This document shows, piece after piece, positions 10,616 to 21,444 of a DNA stretch of 52,438 nt. Under the pieces are notes generated by a model. That model did not search any database. It had not been told where the DNA came from and saw nothing but the letters and a program-made list of their open reading frames with translations. The stretch comes from an uncultured Rickettsiales bacterium (GTDB lineage Bacteria; Pseudomonadota; Alphaproteobacteria; Rs-D84): assembly GCA_900550565.1 (NCBI GenBank), contig URSG01000004.1:1-52438 (forward strand). Reading direction: 5' to 3'. A program made the translations under genes and the position numbers. Position 1 is the stretch's first letter. Every line of letters starts with the position of its first letter.

Positions 10616-12148
10616 GTGTATTACAGCATGAAAGATATATCAAATATATTCAACTTATCACCAAATGAATTAGAAAAAAAATCTAAATCAACCAGATCAT
10701 TATGGTCTGATACAGCACCACAAATTGTAGAATTTGCACAAAAACTTTCAAAATTTATTATCAAATCTGACACCCCGTATGTATTGGCTCTGGACGGTGG
10801 TTATGGAACAGGTAAAACCCATTTTTCTAGTAGATTTAGTATATTGTTAGACAAACGTCTAAGAACAATATATTTTAGCGCATGGGAACAAGATTATATG
10901 GTTGACCCATTTGTTGTATTTTCTGAAAAAATTATATGGATTGCTAGAAAGCAAGCGAATGAAACGGAAATTACAGATAAAATCTTAGAATCCTTAGCAA
11001 AAGCAACAAAAATTAGAGCCGAATTTGGCATTTGGGGATTATTCAAGGTTGAGGCAGAACTCTCCGGTGAAGACCTCATAAAAAAATTATTTCCCGAAAA
11101 ACAACGTTCTGACCTATTTATTGAATTGAAAGTTTTGCTATCTAATTTTATACAAAATTTACCAAATAAAAAACTAGTTATGATTGTTGATGAATTAGAT
11201 AGATGTCGTCCCGACTACGCTGTAAAAATACTAGAAACAATTAAACATTTTTTTGATATTCCTGGGCTTATTTTTATTCTTCCTATAAATTCCAAAAAAT
11301 TAAACACTTATGTGAAAGGTTTTTATAATATTCCAAACGATACTTTCGCCGACGGGGAGGATTATTTACAAAAATTTATAAATGAAACTATTGACGTACC
11401 ACAACTGAACTACAACAAAATTTGTGAAGACAGAATAAAACTTGCTGATTTTGGTCACCATATATCAAATATAGAAGGAAATTTTAATAGTATACAAGAA
11501 TTGAAAAAATGGATCGCCGAATACGCAAAACAAGCACATCTTTCATATAGGGAAACCATCGAGATAATAAAACGTGCTAAATATTTTTGTAAAAATTATT
11601 CAGAAGAAATAAGATGCAGATTACTGGCCTACCAATTATGCAATAAATTATACAAACAAAAGAATAAAAATTCTTCTAATCCAGCTACTAGGGCTTCAAC
11701 ATTAAAATTCGAAAAAAATTATATGTATAAAGAGGGCTATGAAGAATCTCAAAAAGAAATACTGCTAAAAGCAGATTTATTTAATGCTCATACACGATTA
11801 GAATTTCCAGGCCACGCAACCACTTCAAACGTACAAAATATTTGTCATAACATCTCTTCGCTACAACAAAACGCATATTCTTATAAGATAATGTTTTCTA
11901 CTATTGAAAAAATTAAAAACGAATTAAATAAAATAGACATAGAACATTATGTTCCTTACCAATCTTATTGGAGCACCGTAACGAAAGCTCAACTCCGTGA
12001 AAAGGTTCAATGTATACAAAATTATTTGAATCAAGCTAAGCAAAACTTATCAAATTTCCAACAAATAACAGGTTCGGATGATTCTGACGATGAAAGATTA
12101 TCTAGATATGAGGAAAAAATAAAAAATCCAACATCACTATTCAAATAA
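10616..12148 (+). CDS. KAP-family P-loop NTPase
   Basis: Walker A LDGGYGTGKTHF, Walker B LVMIVDELDRCRPDYAVKILETIKHFF (the KAP DELDRC signature) and a long helical C-terminal tail. The start is GTG 10616 or ATG 10628. Confidence 0.8.
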   Translation: MYYSMKDISNIFNLSPNELEKKSKSTRSLWSDTAPQIVEFAQKLSKFIIKSDTPYVLALDGGYGTGKTHFSSRFSILLDKRLRTIYFSAWEQDYMVDPFVVFSEKIIWIARKQANETEITDKILESLAKATKIRAEFGIWGLFKVEAELSGEDLIKKLFPEKQRSDLFIELKVLLSNFIQNLPNKKLVMIVDELDRCRPDYAVKILETIKHFFDIPGLIFILPINSKKLNTYVKGFYNIPNDTFADGEDYLQKFINETIDVPQLNYNKICEDRIKLADFGHHISNIEGNFNSIQELKKWIAEYAKQAHLSYRETIEIIKRAKYFCKNYSEEIRCRLLAYQLCNKLYKQKNKNSSNPATRASTLKFEKNYMYKEGYEESQKEILLKADLFNAHTRLEFPGHATTSNVQNICHNISSLQQNAYSYKIMFSTIEKIKNELNKIDIEHYVPYQSYWSTVTKAQLREKVQCIQNYLNQAKQNLSNFQQITGSDDSDDERLSRYEEKIKNPTSLFK

Positions 12149-12158
12149 CTTTTTAAGT

Positions 12159-12187
12159 TTGCAATAACGCTTTTCATATACTAAAAT
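12159..12187 (+). promoter_or_regulatory. sigma70-type promoter of leader RNA copy A1
   Basis: -35 TTGCAA (12159-12164), 17-bp spacer, -10 TAAAAT (12182-12187). The predicted start is G at 12195. Confidence 0.65.
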
Positions 12188-12194
12188 CTGTACC

Positions 12195-12415
12195 GAATCC
12201 ATGGGGACGTGGGTTCGGGGTCGTTCAAAACCCATAATTGCACGGTGTGAAAACATCGTTATCCGTTTTTGACAGCATAATGGTGTTTTTACACTGTTTT
12301 GCCTGGCCTTTTGGTCGGGTGTCTGTGGCTATATAACAGGTTCGCCGAAATCCACAGGGTCATTGCAATTATGATTTTGAAAATACCCGACCGTCATTCC
12401 CTTGGCGGTCTTTTT
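12195..12415 (+). ncRNA. structured leader / riboswitch-like RNA, copy A1 (class unknown)
   Basis: 221 nt, 100% identical to 15081-15301. It has a 14-bp helix (12242-12255 / 12284-12297), a G.U-rich hairpin (12301-12320), an alternative 8-bp pairing (12313-12320 / 12385-12392), and a terminator (12389-12410) plus T-run. The G.U pairs only work on the plus strand. Confidence 0.7.
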
Positions 12416-12435
12416 TTGCATCAACGGTGGTAAAA

Positions 12436-12894
12436 ATGAAAAAAATAATATTTGTTCTTCCAACAATACTTTTGTGTTCGTGCGCAATTCATTACCCGTA
12501 TACAGGTACAAAAACCATAACAGGCGAAGGCGGCTTTATAGAAAAGTATATTCCCGTTGAACATATTGGCCGTTCTATTTTTGAAAAAGAAATAGATTCT
12601 AAATACGATGGCATTTCATTTTACCGCTCGGGTCTGCCCATGGGGGCAAAATGCACATTAAAGGGATATATAGCAGAATCAAACCTTACGGACGTTGCAA
12701 AATCTGCACTTAAACAAGGGGCAAATGTAGCAACAAAATCAACTATTAAATTATCAAAGAGTTTTGATGATAACAGCGGCCAACTTGATGGAACTTGGGC
12801 CGCTGGGGATTGGTATTATTTATATGATCGGCGGTGGTATAACTGGTATTGGATCAAATTTGCCAAAGGATATAACATTTTTGAATGCAAATAA
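12436..12894 (+). CDS. small exported protein / putative lipoprotein
   Basis: MKKIIFVLPTILLCSCA is a signal peptide with a Cys-containing lipobox-like end. The ATG lies 21 nt after the A1 terminator. Trp/Tyr-rich C-terminus. Confidence 0.5.
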   Translation: MKKIIFVLPTILLCSCAIHYPYTGTKTITGEGGFIEKYIPVEHIGRSIFEKEIDSKYDGISFYRSGLPMGAKCTLKGYIAESNLTDVAKSALKQGANVATKSTIKLSKSFDDNSGQLDGTWAAGDWYYLYDRRWYNWYWIKFAKGYNIFECK

Positions 12895-12910
12895 TAAAAA
12901 GGAACTATCG

Positions 12911-13507
12911 ATGTCAAAATTTAATGAAATTTTTAGTTCTATCCAAATAATTTTGATAATCGTCAAAGCACTTGGTGGATTTCCAGATACAAATTGGCTT
13001 GCGGTGTTTTTTCCAGCATACATTATGATTGGTGTAGAATATTTCAAAATGCTCAATAACAAACCAACAGTTACAAAATCTACAGACCCAAATAGTCAAA
13101 AAATAAATCTTCCTATAAAAAATAACAATGGTGATTTATTTTACCTTTTAATTAATCCTATTTTGGAAGAGCACAACTTATTACAAGATTATTCCATAGT
13201 TTTCTTTAATGAGGTATTTGGGAAACCAGAATTATTTGAATATATCGGGAATATTGACGTTGTGAGTAAATTTGCAACAGATGCCGAATATATCAAATAC
13301 CTATGTGGTGAACGAAAAGAATTTTTCAATGAACTAGTTGCCAGCAAGGGCGCGACATTGAATACTATGATAGGCGTTCTCCTGGATACTCAAGCCAAAG
13401 CAATCGGACTAGTCGCAATTTGGGACACATCTAAAACAATGATGACAACAGACGGAAATTTACGCATAGAATTCACCCAGCTGCCTGTTGGTGTTATATA
13501 TGATTAA
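12911..13507 (+). CDS. hypothetical membrane protein (two N-terminal TM helices plus a soluble domain)
   Basis: ATG 12911 is preceded by AAAAGGAA. The ORF-track start at 12764 overlaps the previous gene and is probably too far upstream. Confidence 0.45.
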   Translation: MSKFNEIFSSIQIILIIVKALGGFPDTNWLAVFFPAYIMIGVEYFKMLNNKPTVTKSTDPNSQKINLPIKNNNGDLFYLLINPILEEHNLLQDYSIVFFNEVFGKPELFEYIGNIDVVSKFATDAEYIKYLCGERKEFFNELVASKGATLNTMIGVLLDTQAKAIGLVAIWDTSKTMMTTDGNLRIEFTQLPVGVIYD

Positions 13508-13743
13508 GACTACTTTAATAGATTAAAAAAACGATCACTAACAAACGCAAAGTAGATGGTGCATTTCTGGTGCCCATACTTAATAAAAGTTTGGACAACT
13601 GGAACGGATTCTATAATGAAATAATCAAAACAAAGAAAGCGGCATTGCCGATATTTTACGCATTGCGAATGGAAGGTCTATGCCCGCCAAGAAAACCAAA
13701 TAAGCAATCACCAGAAAAGAATAAGAATTATGGATATTAATAA

Positions 13744-14589
13744 CTATGATTTTACAATCAACCTCAGCGCAACTTCTTGATCAGAAATCCAAGCCTCTTG
13801 GTGGTTATGATAAACAGATAATCTTGCATCTAACTCATTCATTCTTGCTGTAAATTCCATTTTTTGCATCGGACTAGTTGGAGCAACGCTTATTTTTTCG
13901 TATTCTTTTGAACACCAATTTTGAAAATCTTTTGAGTCTTGTATTTTACGACGAATCAAAAAATCATTTGTCATAGACGATGCATATTTATAAGCATCCA
14001 AAACTGTATGTTGGCCATCTCCGTCAACATCATATGGATTTTTTATCCATTTGAAAAAGTAATACAAAAATACATTCGCGGCCCAATTGCATTCCGACTC
14101 TATGCTTTGATAGCTTAAAGAAGGGTAGAAATTGCTAGCTCCTACAACACAAATCTTAGATTGGCGAGGCATATTAAATATACCTGAATAACATTGACCT
14201 AATAACAACAGGCCATCTGTCACCCCAGGTATTTGTTGCATCGTATCCAACAACTCCGATGGTTTAATTCCTTCCATTCCATCTATACTACCATGAGAAG
14301 AAACAACGCAACCCAAAAAAGCAATATCTTTAAATGTTTTTAATTTTGGTATTAATTGGTCTATATTGTATAGTTGCCCTGAAGATAATCCATTGGCTTC
14401 TAGGAATGTACTTGCACTAGGCAAACCGGTAAAATAATAAATATTATCTTCGCGATCATTTTGACGCTCTTTTATTATTCTTGCCGCATTGATAATATCA
14501 AACATAAACCTCGGTGTATCATCCCTGCCACAAACAAATACCCATTTTGTATCTTGATTTGGGTTGACACGCGACAAAATATGGACCAT
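13744..14589 (-). CDS. caspase-like (clan CD) cysteine peptidase-like protein
   Basis: Each putative catalytic residue follows a hydrophobic strand: FLGCVVSSHG (His99-Gly100) and GLLLLGQCYSG (Cys133). The 34-aa His-Cys spacing fits clan CD. Confidence 0.5.
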   Translation of the reverse strand: MVHILSRVNPNQDTKWVFVCGRDDTPRFMFDIINAARIIKERQNDREDNIYYFTGLPSASTFLEANGLSSGQLYNIDQLIPKLKTFKDIAFLGCVVSSHGSIDGMEGIKPSELLDTMQQIPGVTDGLLLLGQCYSGIFNMPRQSKICVVGASNFYPSLSYQSIESECNWAANVFLYYFFKWIKNPYDVDGDGQHTVLDAYKYASSMTNDFLIRRKIQDSKDFQNWCSKEYEKISVAPTSPMQKMEFTARMNELDARLSVYHNHQEAWISDQEVALRLIVKS

Positions 14590-14591
14590 GA

Positions 14592-14873
14592 CTAATCCTT
14601 TTCGAATATCACAGGATCTGTTTCATCATATTTCTTGTCGTCTGGAAGACCTATAATTGCATTCCCATTTTTGTCCAACAAATATTTATTGCCACTTAAA
14701 CGCAATATATACTTAGTTCCCAATGAATCAAAACCATCTTTTTGCGCGAATAATCCCAACTGCCCGGCATTTATCATGTCCTTAATTTGTGGAGTGAGCA
14801 TTGTTAAGTCTGAATTATAATTCAAAATCACTTTTTGCCTCTTTTTTATTTTTTGATGGCGATTATTGCGCAT
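14592..14873 (-). CDS. hypothetical small protein, operonic with the peptidase-like gene
   Basis: Its stop is 2 nt upstream of the ATG of the downstream ORF. No SD is obvious, so the start is uncertain. Confidence 0.4.
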   Translation of the reverse strand: MRNNRHQKIKKRQKVILNYNSDLTMLTPQIKDMINAGQLGLFAQKDGFDSLGTKYILRLSGNKYLLDKNGNAIIGLPDDKKYDETDPVIFEKD

Positions 14874-15045
14874 AACTACTACTTAGTAGCGCTTGTATTA
14901 TATCACAATTTGAAGCCATTTTATAGTCAATTTGAACATTTGCAAGAAATAAAAAATCCCCTGTCGTGAGAAAGGGTATATTTCTTTACTACAATGTTAT
15001 AATATATATTCGTCTTTTTTCAAGCCCAATCATACTTTATTTAAA

Positions 15046-15074
15046 TTGCAATGACTGTCTTAATGTACTAAAAT
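15046..15074 (+). promoter_or_regulatory. sigma70-type promoter of leader RNA copy A2
   Basis: -35 TTGCAA (15046-15051), 17-bp spacer, -10 TAAAAT (15069-15074). The spacer sequence differs from copy A1, but the hexamers and spacing are conserved. Confidence 0.65.
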
Positions 15075-15080
15075 TATATT

Positions 15081-15301
15081 GAATCCATGGGGACGTGGGT
15101 TCGGGGTCGTTCAAAACCCATAATTGCACGGTGTGAAAACATCGTTATCCGTTTTTGACAGCATAATGGTGTTTTTACACTGTTTTGCCTGGCCTTTTGG
15201 TCGGGTGTCTGTGGCTATATAACAGGTTCGCCGAAATCCACAGGGTCATTGCAATTATGATTTTGAAAATACCCGACCGTCATTCCCTTGGCGGTCTTTT
15301 T
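15081..15301 (+). ncRNA. structured leader / riboswitch-like RNA, copy A2 (class unknown)
   Basis: Identical to 12195-12415 over all 221 nt. It ends in the same terminator, 18 nt before the ATG at 15320. Confidence 0.7.
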
Positions 15302-15319
15302 ATATCAAAAGGATAAATT

Positions 15320-15571
15320 ATGATTTACAAATTATACACTGGCGGCCAACCTATATTGGCCTTATTGGAACTGATTGCGGGGATATGCATCCCGGCACTC
15401 ATGTTAGGCGGAGTCATAGAATTGTTCGGACTGGCCGATACGTATGTAGGACAAGATAAAACACTAAGTCTTGTTTTTGGCGCGCTGGGTTTCTTTGCAT
15501 GCATGTTCGTATATCAATACATCGCATATAATTTATTGCCAAAATTACTAAAAACAAAGGACACAAAATGA
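15320..15571 (+). CDS. small integral membrane protein
   Basis: SD AAAGGA upstream of the ATG. The 83-aa product has 2-3 hydrophobic helices. Confidence 0.5.
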   Translation: MIYKLYTGGQPILALLELIAGICIPALMLGGVIELFGLADTYVGQDKTLSLVFGALGFFACMFVYQYIAYNLLPKLLKTKDTK

Positions 15572-15924
15572 AAAAGATAATAATTGCGCTGATTATATGT
15601 ATGACCGCTGTAACTGGTTATGCACGCACTATGAGCGTAGAGCAATTTGATAGAGAACACGCAGCATACCAACAAGAACTTTATAAAACCGCCCGCGAGG
15701 CTGGATATGACCCGACATCTAAAAAATCCATCGCGGAGCAATACAAAGCTAAACGATTGACCGAACAGACCATAAAACATCGTCTACAATTACAACAGGA
15801 ATACGAGCGAGAATACAACCGATATATCTGGTTAGAAAAAAACAAATCAATGCTGCTGTTTGCGCTGGCAGCAATCGGTGTTTTATCCATTTTTGTGGCA
15901 AGCCGTTACAAAAAGCATAAATAG
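15568..15924 (+). CDS. small exported / C-terminally anchored coiled-coil protein
   Basis: ATGA overlap with the previous ORF. It has a signal peptide (MKKIIIALIICMTAVTGYA) and a C-terminal TM helix. Confidence 0.5.
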   Translation: MKKIIIALIICMTAVTGYARTMSVEQFDREHAAYQQELYKTAREAGYDPTSKKSIAEQYKAKRLTEQTIKHRLQLQQEYEREYNRYIWLEKNKSMLLFALAAIGVLSIFVASRYKKHK

Positions 15925-15981
15925 GTCAATATGGCAATATTTTAAGGCTGTCTAACGATTTTCCAAACGAGAATTCTTTAA

Positions 15982-16055
15982 TGGTGCCCTAAGCAAGAAT
16001 CGGACTTGCGACTCGTCCTTACCAAGGACGTGTTTTACCACTAGACTATTAGGGC
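15982..16055 (-). tRNA. tRNA-Thr (anticodon GGU)
   Basis: The reverse complement GCCCTAATAGTCTAGTGGTAAAACACGTCCTTGGTAAGGACG...TTAGGGCACCA folds as a cloverleaf with encoded CCA. Confidence 0.9.
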
Positions 16056-16161
16056 AACTTTACCATTGCCCCGCAATTATACGGTATTGCACCTAAAAAT
16101 CAAGAATAAAAAAACACACATGTCGCAGGTGAAATCCGGCGTCCCTGGTGTCACAATTACC

Positions 16162-16190
16162 AAAAATTAAACCCCGATACAAATCGGGGT
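16162..16190 (-). terminator. rho-independent terminator after tRNA (CAU)
   Basis: On the minus strand, ACCCCGAT-TTGT-ATCGGGGT followed by a T-rich run. Confidence 0.7.
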
Positions 16191-16198
16191 TGAATTTT

Positions 16199-16275
16199 TG
16201 GTAGCGGGAGAGGGACTTGAACCCCCGACACGTGGATTATGATTCCACTGCTCTAACCAGCTGAGCTATCCCGCC
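16199..16275 (-). tRNA. tRNA with CAU anticodon (elongator Met or Ile2/lysidine)
   Basis: The reverse complement GGCGGGATAGCTCAGCTGGTTAGAGCAGTGGAATCATAATCCAC...CCCGCTACCA folds as a cloverleaf. It is not initiator-like, because position 1-72 is a G-C pair. Confidence 0.9.
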
Positions 16276-16416
16276 AATGCGACGCATTATAACAGACTTT
16301 TTCCCGATTGCAAGAAACAAATAACGCCACCAAAGGCAAAGAAATCGTTCCTGTTGAAAAATCGTTATGTTTTTTAATAAATTCATTTGAATAATGGCTG
16401 AAAATAGTGTATCATT

Positions 16417-16980
16417 ATGCGCATGAAAAAAATCGCATTATTTTTATCCACGTTATTATTTGCGACCAACGCTATGGCCGACCAGAACGTGTTTTTTGGC
16501 AAATATGAAAATCAAATTGCATTTCATCTTGGCCAGGGCATAGACAGTGGTTTCTTGGTTCCGCCACCTGCGCGTCCGGTGCCGTTTTATATGTTGCACA
16601 TCCAGTATTCCCAGCCGACGACGTTTTTTCGCCTTCCTGCGCGCCAGTCATTAAATATCGGCCAGACGTTGGGTTTTGGTAAAAAATACGGTTGGAATTG
16701 GGAAAAATACACAATTCCAATGGTATTTATCAGCGAAGACGTTGTGTTATTCAGTGGCAAAAAATGGTATTATGCCAATGGCATTGGCGTTGGCCTGCAG
16801 GCGCAACAGAACGAACGTCTGGGGGCAAAGTTATTATTTCAATGGAAAATGATTGGCGGATATAAATTAAACGACCGCACAAACATTGAATTATTTATGC
16901 AGCATTTTTCTAATGCCAACACCGCCAAGGCCAATTATTCATACGCATTTTACGGTCTGGGCATTACGTATAATTTCTGA
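16417..16980 (+). CDS. PagL-like lipid A 3-O-deacylase / acyloxyacyl hydrolase outer-membrane protein
   Basis: Signal peptide, beta-barrel-like alternation, the HFSNA motif (PagL His/Ser) and a C-terminal F. Confidence 0.6.
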   Translation: MRMKKIALFLSTLLFATNAMADQNVFFGKYENQIAFHLGQGIDSGFLVPPPARPVPFYMLHIQYSQPTTFFRLPARQSLNIGQTLGFGKKYGWNWEKYTIPMVFISEDVVLFSGKKWYYANGIGVGLQAQQNERLGAKLLFQWKMIGGYKLNDRTNIELFMQHFSNANTAKANYSYAFYGLGITYNF

Positions 16981-16990
16981 GAGCGCAGAT

Positions 16991-17022
16991 AAAAAAACCA
17001 CCGGCAAATGCCGGTGTTTTTT
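16991..17022. terminator. bidirectional rho-independent terminator between pagL-like and ung
   Basis: A-run, then CACCGGC-AAAT-GCCGGTG, then T-run. Confidence 0.75.
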
Positions 17023-17683
17023 ACCACTCTATCGGTGTTTTGCCATGCTGAATTAAATACTGGTTCGCGCGCGAAAAATGATGATTGCCAAAAAATCCAC
17101 GATACGCCGACAGTGGTGACGGGTGCGCTGATTTCAAAATCAGATTACGCGCCGGGTCAACAAATTCCGCCTTGCGCTGGGCGGACGCGCCCCACAACAT
17201 ATAAACAATATTATCCCGGTGTGCAACCGCACGAATAACCGCGTCTGTAAATTGTTCCCAACCGTGGCCTGCGTGTGATGCCGCACGATGTGCCGCCACC
17301 GTCAATGTTGAATTTAACAGCAATACCCCCTGGCGCGCCCAGGCGGTTAAATCGCCGTGTGTCGCACTGGGCCGCCCCAGGTCAGATTCAATTTCACGAT
17401 AAATATTTACCAGACTGGGTGGCACAGGTGTCGGTGGCAAAACCGAAAAACACAACCCGTGTGCCTGGCCCGGTTCGTGATATGGGTCTTGGCCGATAAT
17501 CACAACCTTGACATCTGGCAACGGGCATAAATTAAACGCATTAAATATATTTTTTGGTTCGGGGAAAACCTGGTGTCCAGACAGATATTGCGCACGAACA
17601 AAATCCGTCAATTTGATAAAATAATCTTTGTCAAATTCGTCGGCCAATGCCGTTTTCCACGATTCTTGTATTTTTATATTCAT
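17021..17683 (-). CDS. ung: uracil-DNA glycosylase
   Basis: GQDPYH and HPSPLSA motifs. The start is placed at MNIKIQESW (ATG 17683), which overlaps the upstream stop as ATGA. Confidence 0.93.
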   Translation of the reverse strand: MNIKIQESWKTALADEFDKDYFIKLTDFVRAQYLSGHQVFPEPKNIFNAFNLCPLPDVKVVIIGQDPYHEPGQAHGLCFSVLPPTPVPPSLVNIYREIESDLGRPSATHGDLTAWARQGVLLLNSTLTVAAHRAASHAGHGWEQFTDAVIRAVAHRDNIVYMLWGASAQRKAEFVDPARNLILKSAHPSPLSAYRGFFGNHHFSRANQYLIQHGKTPIEW

Positions 17684-18342
17684 AGTTTTATCAATCCTGT
17701 TTGCAAAGATTTCCATAACACCACATCAATATATCCACGTGGCAACCCCGTCACAGCGCACAAATGGTCAAACATTTTATCGCACGCCGCGCGAACATCG
17801 CAATTTAATTTACCATTATCAACCAACGCGCACAACGCTGTGTTTCCGCTGTATCGCACCCCCAGTCGTTGAATCCAGATATCGTATTTTACAACATCTT
17901 CGCCCAGGTTTCGCGCCAAATGATTTGCGGTAATTTTTCCAATATGTGGCAACCCAGATAAAAAATTCAACCGCGAATTTGTATCAGATAATTTATAGTA
18001 TTCTGAACATATTTCATCGCGCATTTCCCAAATTTTACAAATCGCCGCGATTTTATTTTTATTATGAAAAATTGAAAACAGATAATCAAAATCTGCACCA
18101 CGCGCACGCAGTGCAGACATTATTTTTTCGTGAATATTCTTGGCTGTTTTTTGCGAAAAGCCACCGGCCAAGATAACATAGGCGCAATTTTCCGCAAACG
18201 CGTCCGGCGTGCAAACACGCCGCTGTGACAGATTATCGCGTATTTCATCAAACGATTGTGCATCGCTGTCCGCGCCCATCGCGCGCAATTTTTTATCCAA
18301 CCCAAAGAACCATTCAGCCGTAAAAATATTGACGATGCACAT
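17680..18342 (-). CDS. HhH-GPD superfamily DNA glycosylase-like protein
   Basis: The helix-hairpin-helix LPHIGKITANHLARNLG followed by KYDIWIQRL parallels the Nth pattern LPGVGRKTAN...VDTHIFRV. Confidence 0.55.
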   Translation of the reverse strand: MCIVNIFTAEWFFGLDKKLRAMGADSDAQSFDEIRDNLSQRRVCTPDAFAENCAYVILAGGFSQKTAKNIHEKIMSALRARGADFDYLFSIFHNKNKIAAICKIWEMRDEICSEYYKLSDTNSRLNFLSGLPHIGKITANHLARNLGEDVVKYDIWIQRLGVRYSGNTALCALVDNGKLNCDVRAACDKMFDHLCAVTGLPRGYIDVVLWKSLQTGLIKL

Positions 18343-18346
18343 ATTA

Positions 18347-21399
<3,053 letters not shown>

Positions 21400-21401
<2 letters not shown>

Positions 21402-21429
21402 AAAATCGCCCCAACGGGCGATTTTTTTT
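21400..21429. terminator. bidirectional rho-independent terminator
   Basis: A-run, then ATCGCCC-CAAC-GGGCGAT, then TTTTTTT, between convergent genes. Confidence 0.75.
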
Positions 21430-21444
21430 ATAAACACAAACCTA

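Larger units (their letters stand above)
10300..15950. other. AT-rich accessory island abutting the 3' end of tRNA-Thr
   Basis: There is an abrupt visual drop in G+C and a K/N/I/Y-rich codon style compared with flanking aspS and pagL/ung. The content is non-housekeeping. No integrase or att repeat was found. Confidence 0.6.

Noticed and set aside
12201-12272. A 23-codon ORF (MGTWVRGRSKPIIARCENIVIRF) inside RNA A could be a leader peptide
   Set aside because: It has no SD, and the ATG and the reading frame are not conserved in the diverged copy B.
13508-13743. A stop-free stretch of about 70 codons (…DGAFLVPILNKSLDNWNGFYNEIIKTKKAALPIFYALRMEGL…) between island genes could be a gene remnant
   Set aside because: It has no plausible start codon or SD and no recognisable family. 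It may be a pseudogene fragment, but I cannot support that.
14877-14892. The palindrome CTACTA-CT-TAGTAG immediately upstream of the 93-aa ORF start could be an operator
   Set aside because: It is a single short 6-bp-arm palindrome in AT-rich DNA with no second copy, so the evidence is insufficient.
12195-15301. The 221-bp perfect direct repeat could be a CRISPR, an IS element or a MITE
   Set aside because: There are only two identical copies, about 2.9 kb apart. They lack short spacers, terminal inverted repeats, target-site duplications and a transposase. The boundaries coincide with a promoter and a terminator, so a transcribed RNA unit explains it better.
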